Shown piece after piece: positions 63,368 to 64,000 of a DNA stretch of 64,000 bases. Both the position numbers and the translations under genes were made by a program. Below the pieces are notes generated by a model. It was not told the DNA's origin. It saw only the letters and a program-made list of their open reading frames with translations, and made no database searches. Positions within the stretch are counted from its first letter, which is position 1, and each line of letters begins with the position of its first letter. Source of the stretch: Veleropilina oligotropha (taxonomy: Eukaryota); NCBI GenBank assembly GCA_048128005.1, contig JBEUKZ010000060.1:62001-126000 (forward strand), written 5' to 3'.

Positions 63368-64000
63368 TATCCCTACTTATAAATAATAAACAATTTGCAA
63401 TCCACAAACAATACTTACTGCATCATATATAGAAAGCAGCTGTAAATATGAAGTTTGTAAGATCTCTGAGGCTAAGGGAATTTTGTCCATTTTGCGGTGA
63501 CCTGGTGTCTATGAAATGGCGTCTGATTTTGAATCTTGCAGTTGGTGAAACTGGATCTGACCAGACTAATCAGGGTGACCCTATTATGACCAGAAGATCT
63601 GCTGGCCTTAGTTTGGAAACAATTTCAGGAATGTGAATTGCTGTGAGACTCAACCAGTGGCTAATTTTGAGTTTATTGAGCTATTCAACAAAATTAATGT
63701 CACTCATAAACATTTTATTAATTATTATGAATAGTTAATTGATGAATGAATAATATTTCAGTTATTGTTTTTGTCCATGAATATTTTTTTATTTAATTGA
63801 TGAATCTAGTTTTTTTCAAGAGGATTATTGAAACATATGTCAGTCTTATGACCAATATTTGTTCATGAAATAAATATTTGGCTATGACTATTTTATCATG
63901 AACACAATATTTGGGGATGTAACATTGCTTAGAGCTGATGCCAATGATTACGTATATATTTGTTTTCTGGGTAATGTGTATAAATTATAATATATATATA

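Overview
AT-rich animal genomic DNA, probably a lophotrochozoan such as a mollusc or annelid (inferred from the repeat landscape); nothing here looks prokaryotic. One host gene is visible on the + strand as five short, phase-compatible GT-AG exons (14036-14181, 15120-15208, 16219-16302, 16633-16714, 55907-55970). They splice into a basic/helical N-terminal segment plus a PAS-A domain that most resembles the clock protein PERIOD. The ~39 kb intron between exons 4 and 5, and the flanks, are almost all transposon-derived. The centrepiece is a six-level nest: Penelope > Helentron-type non-autonomous element (HINE) > Harbinger > full-length DIRS1 (ITRs, ICR, gag, RT/RNase H, methyltransferase-like domain, tyrosine recombinase) > hAT-like element > hairpin MITE. 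Also present: about 11 copies of a tRNA-derived SINE (one inserted inverted into another), four L2/CR1-group LINEs (one inside another), RTE, Gypsy, piggyBac, Kolobok and Tc1/pogo-type remnants, many HINEs carrying ~140-180 bp satellite arrays, an intact Penelope GIY-YIG ORF, and a Penelope-type minimal hammerhead ribozyme in sense to the host pre-mRNA. All family assignments come from motif recognition by eye; no database searches were run.
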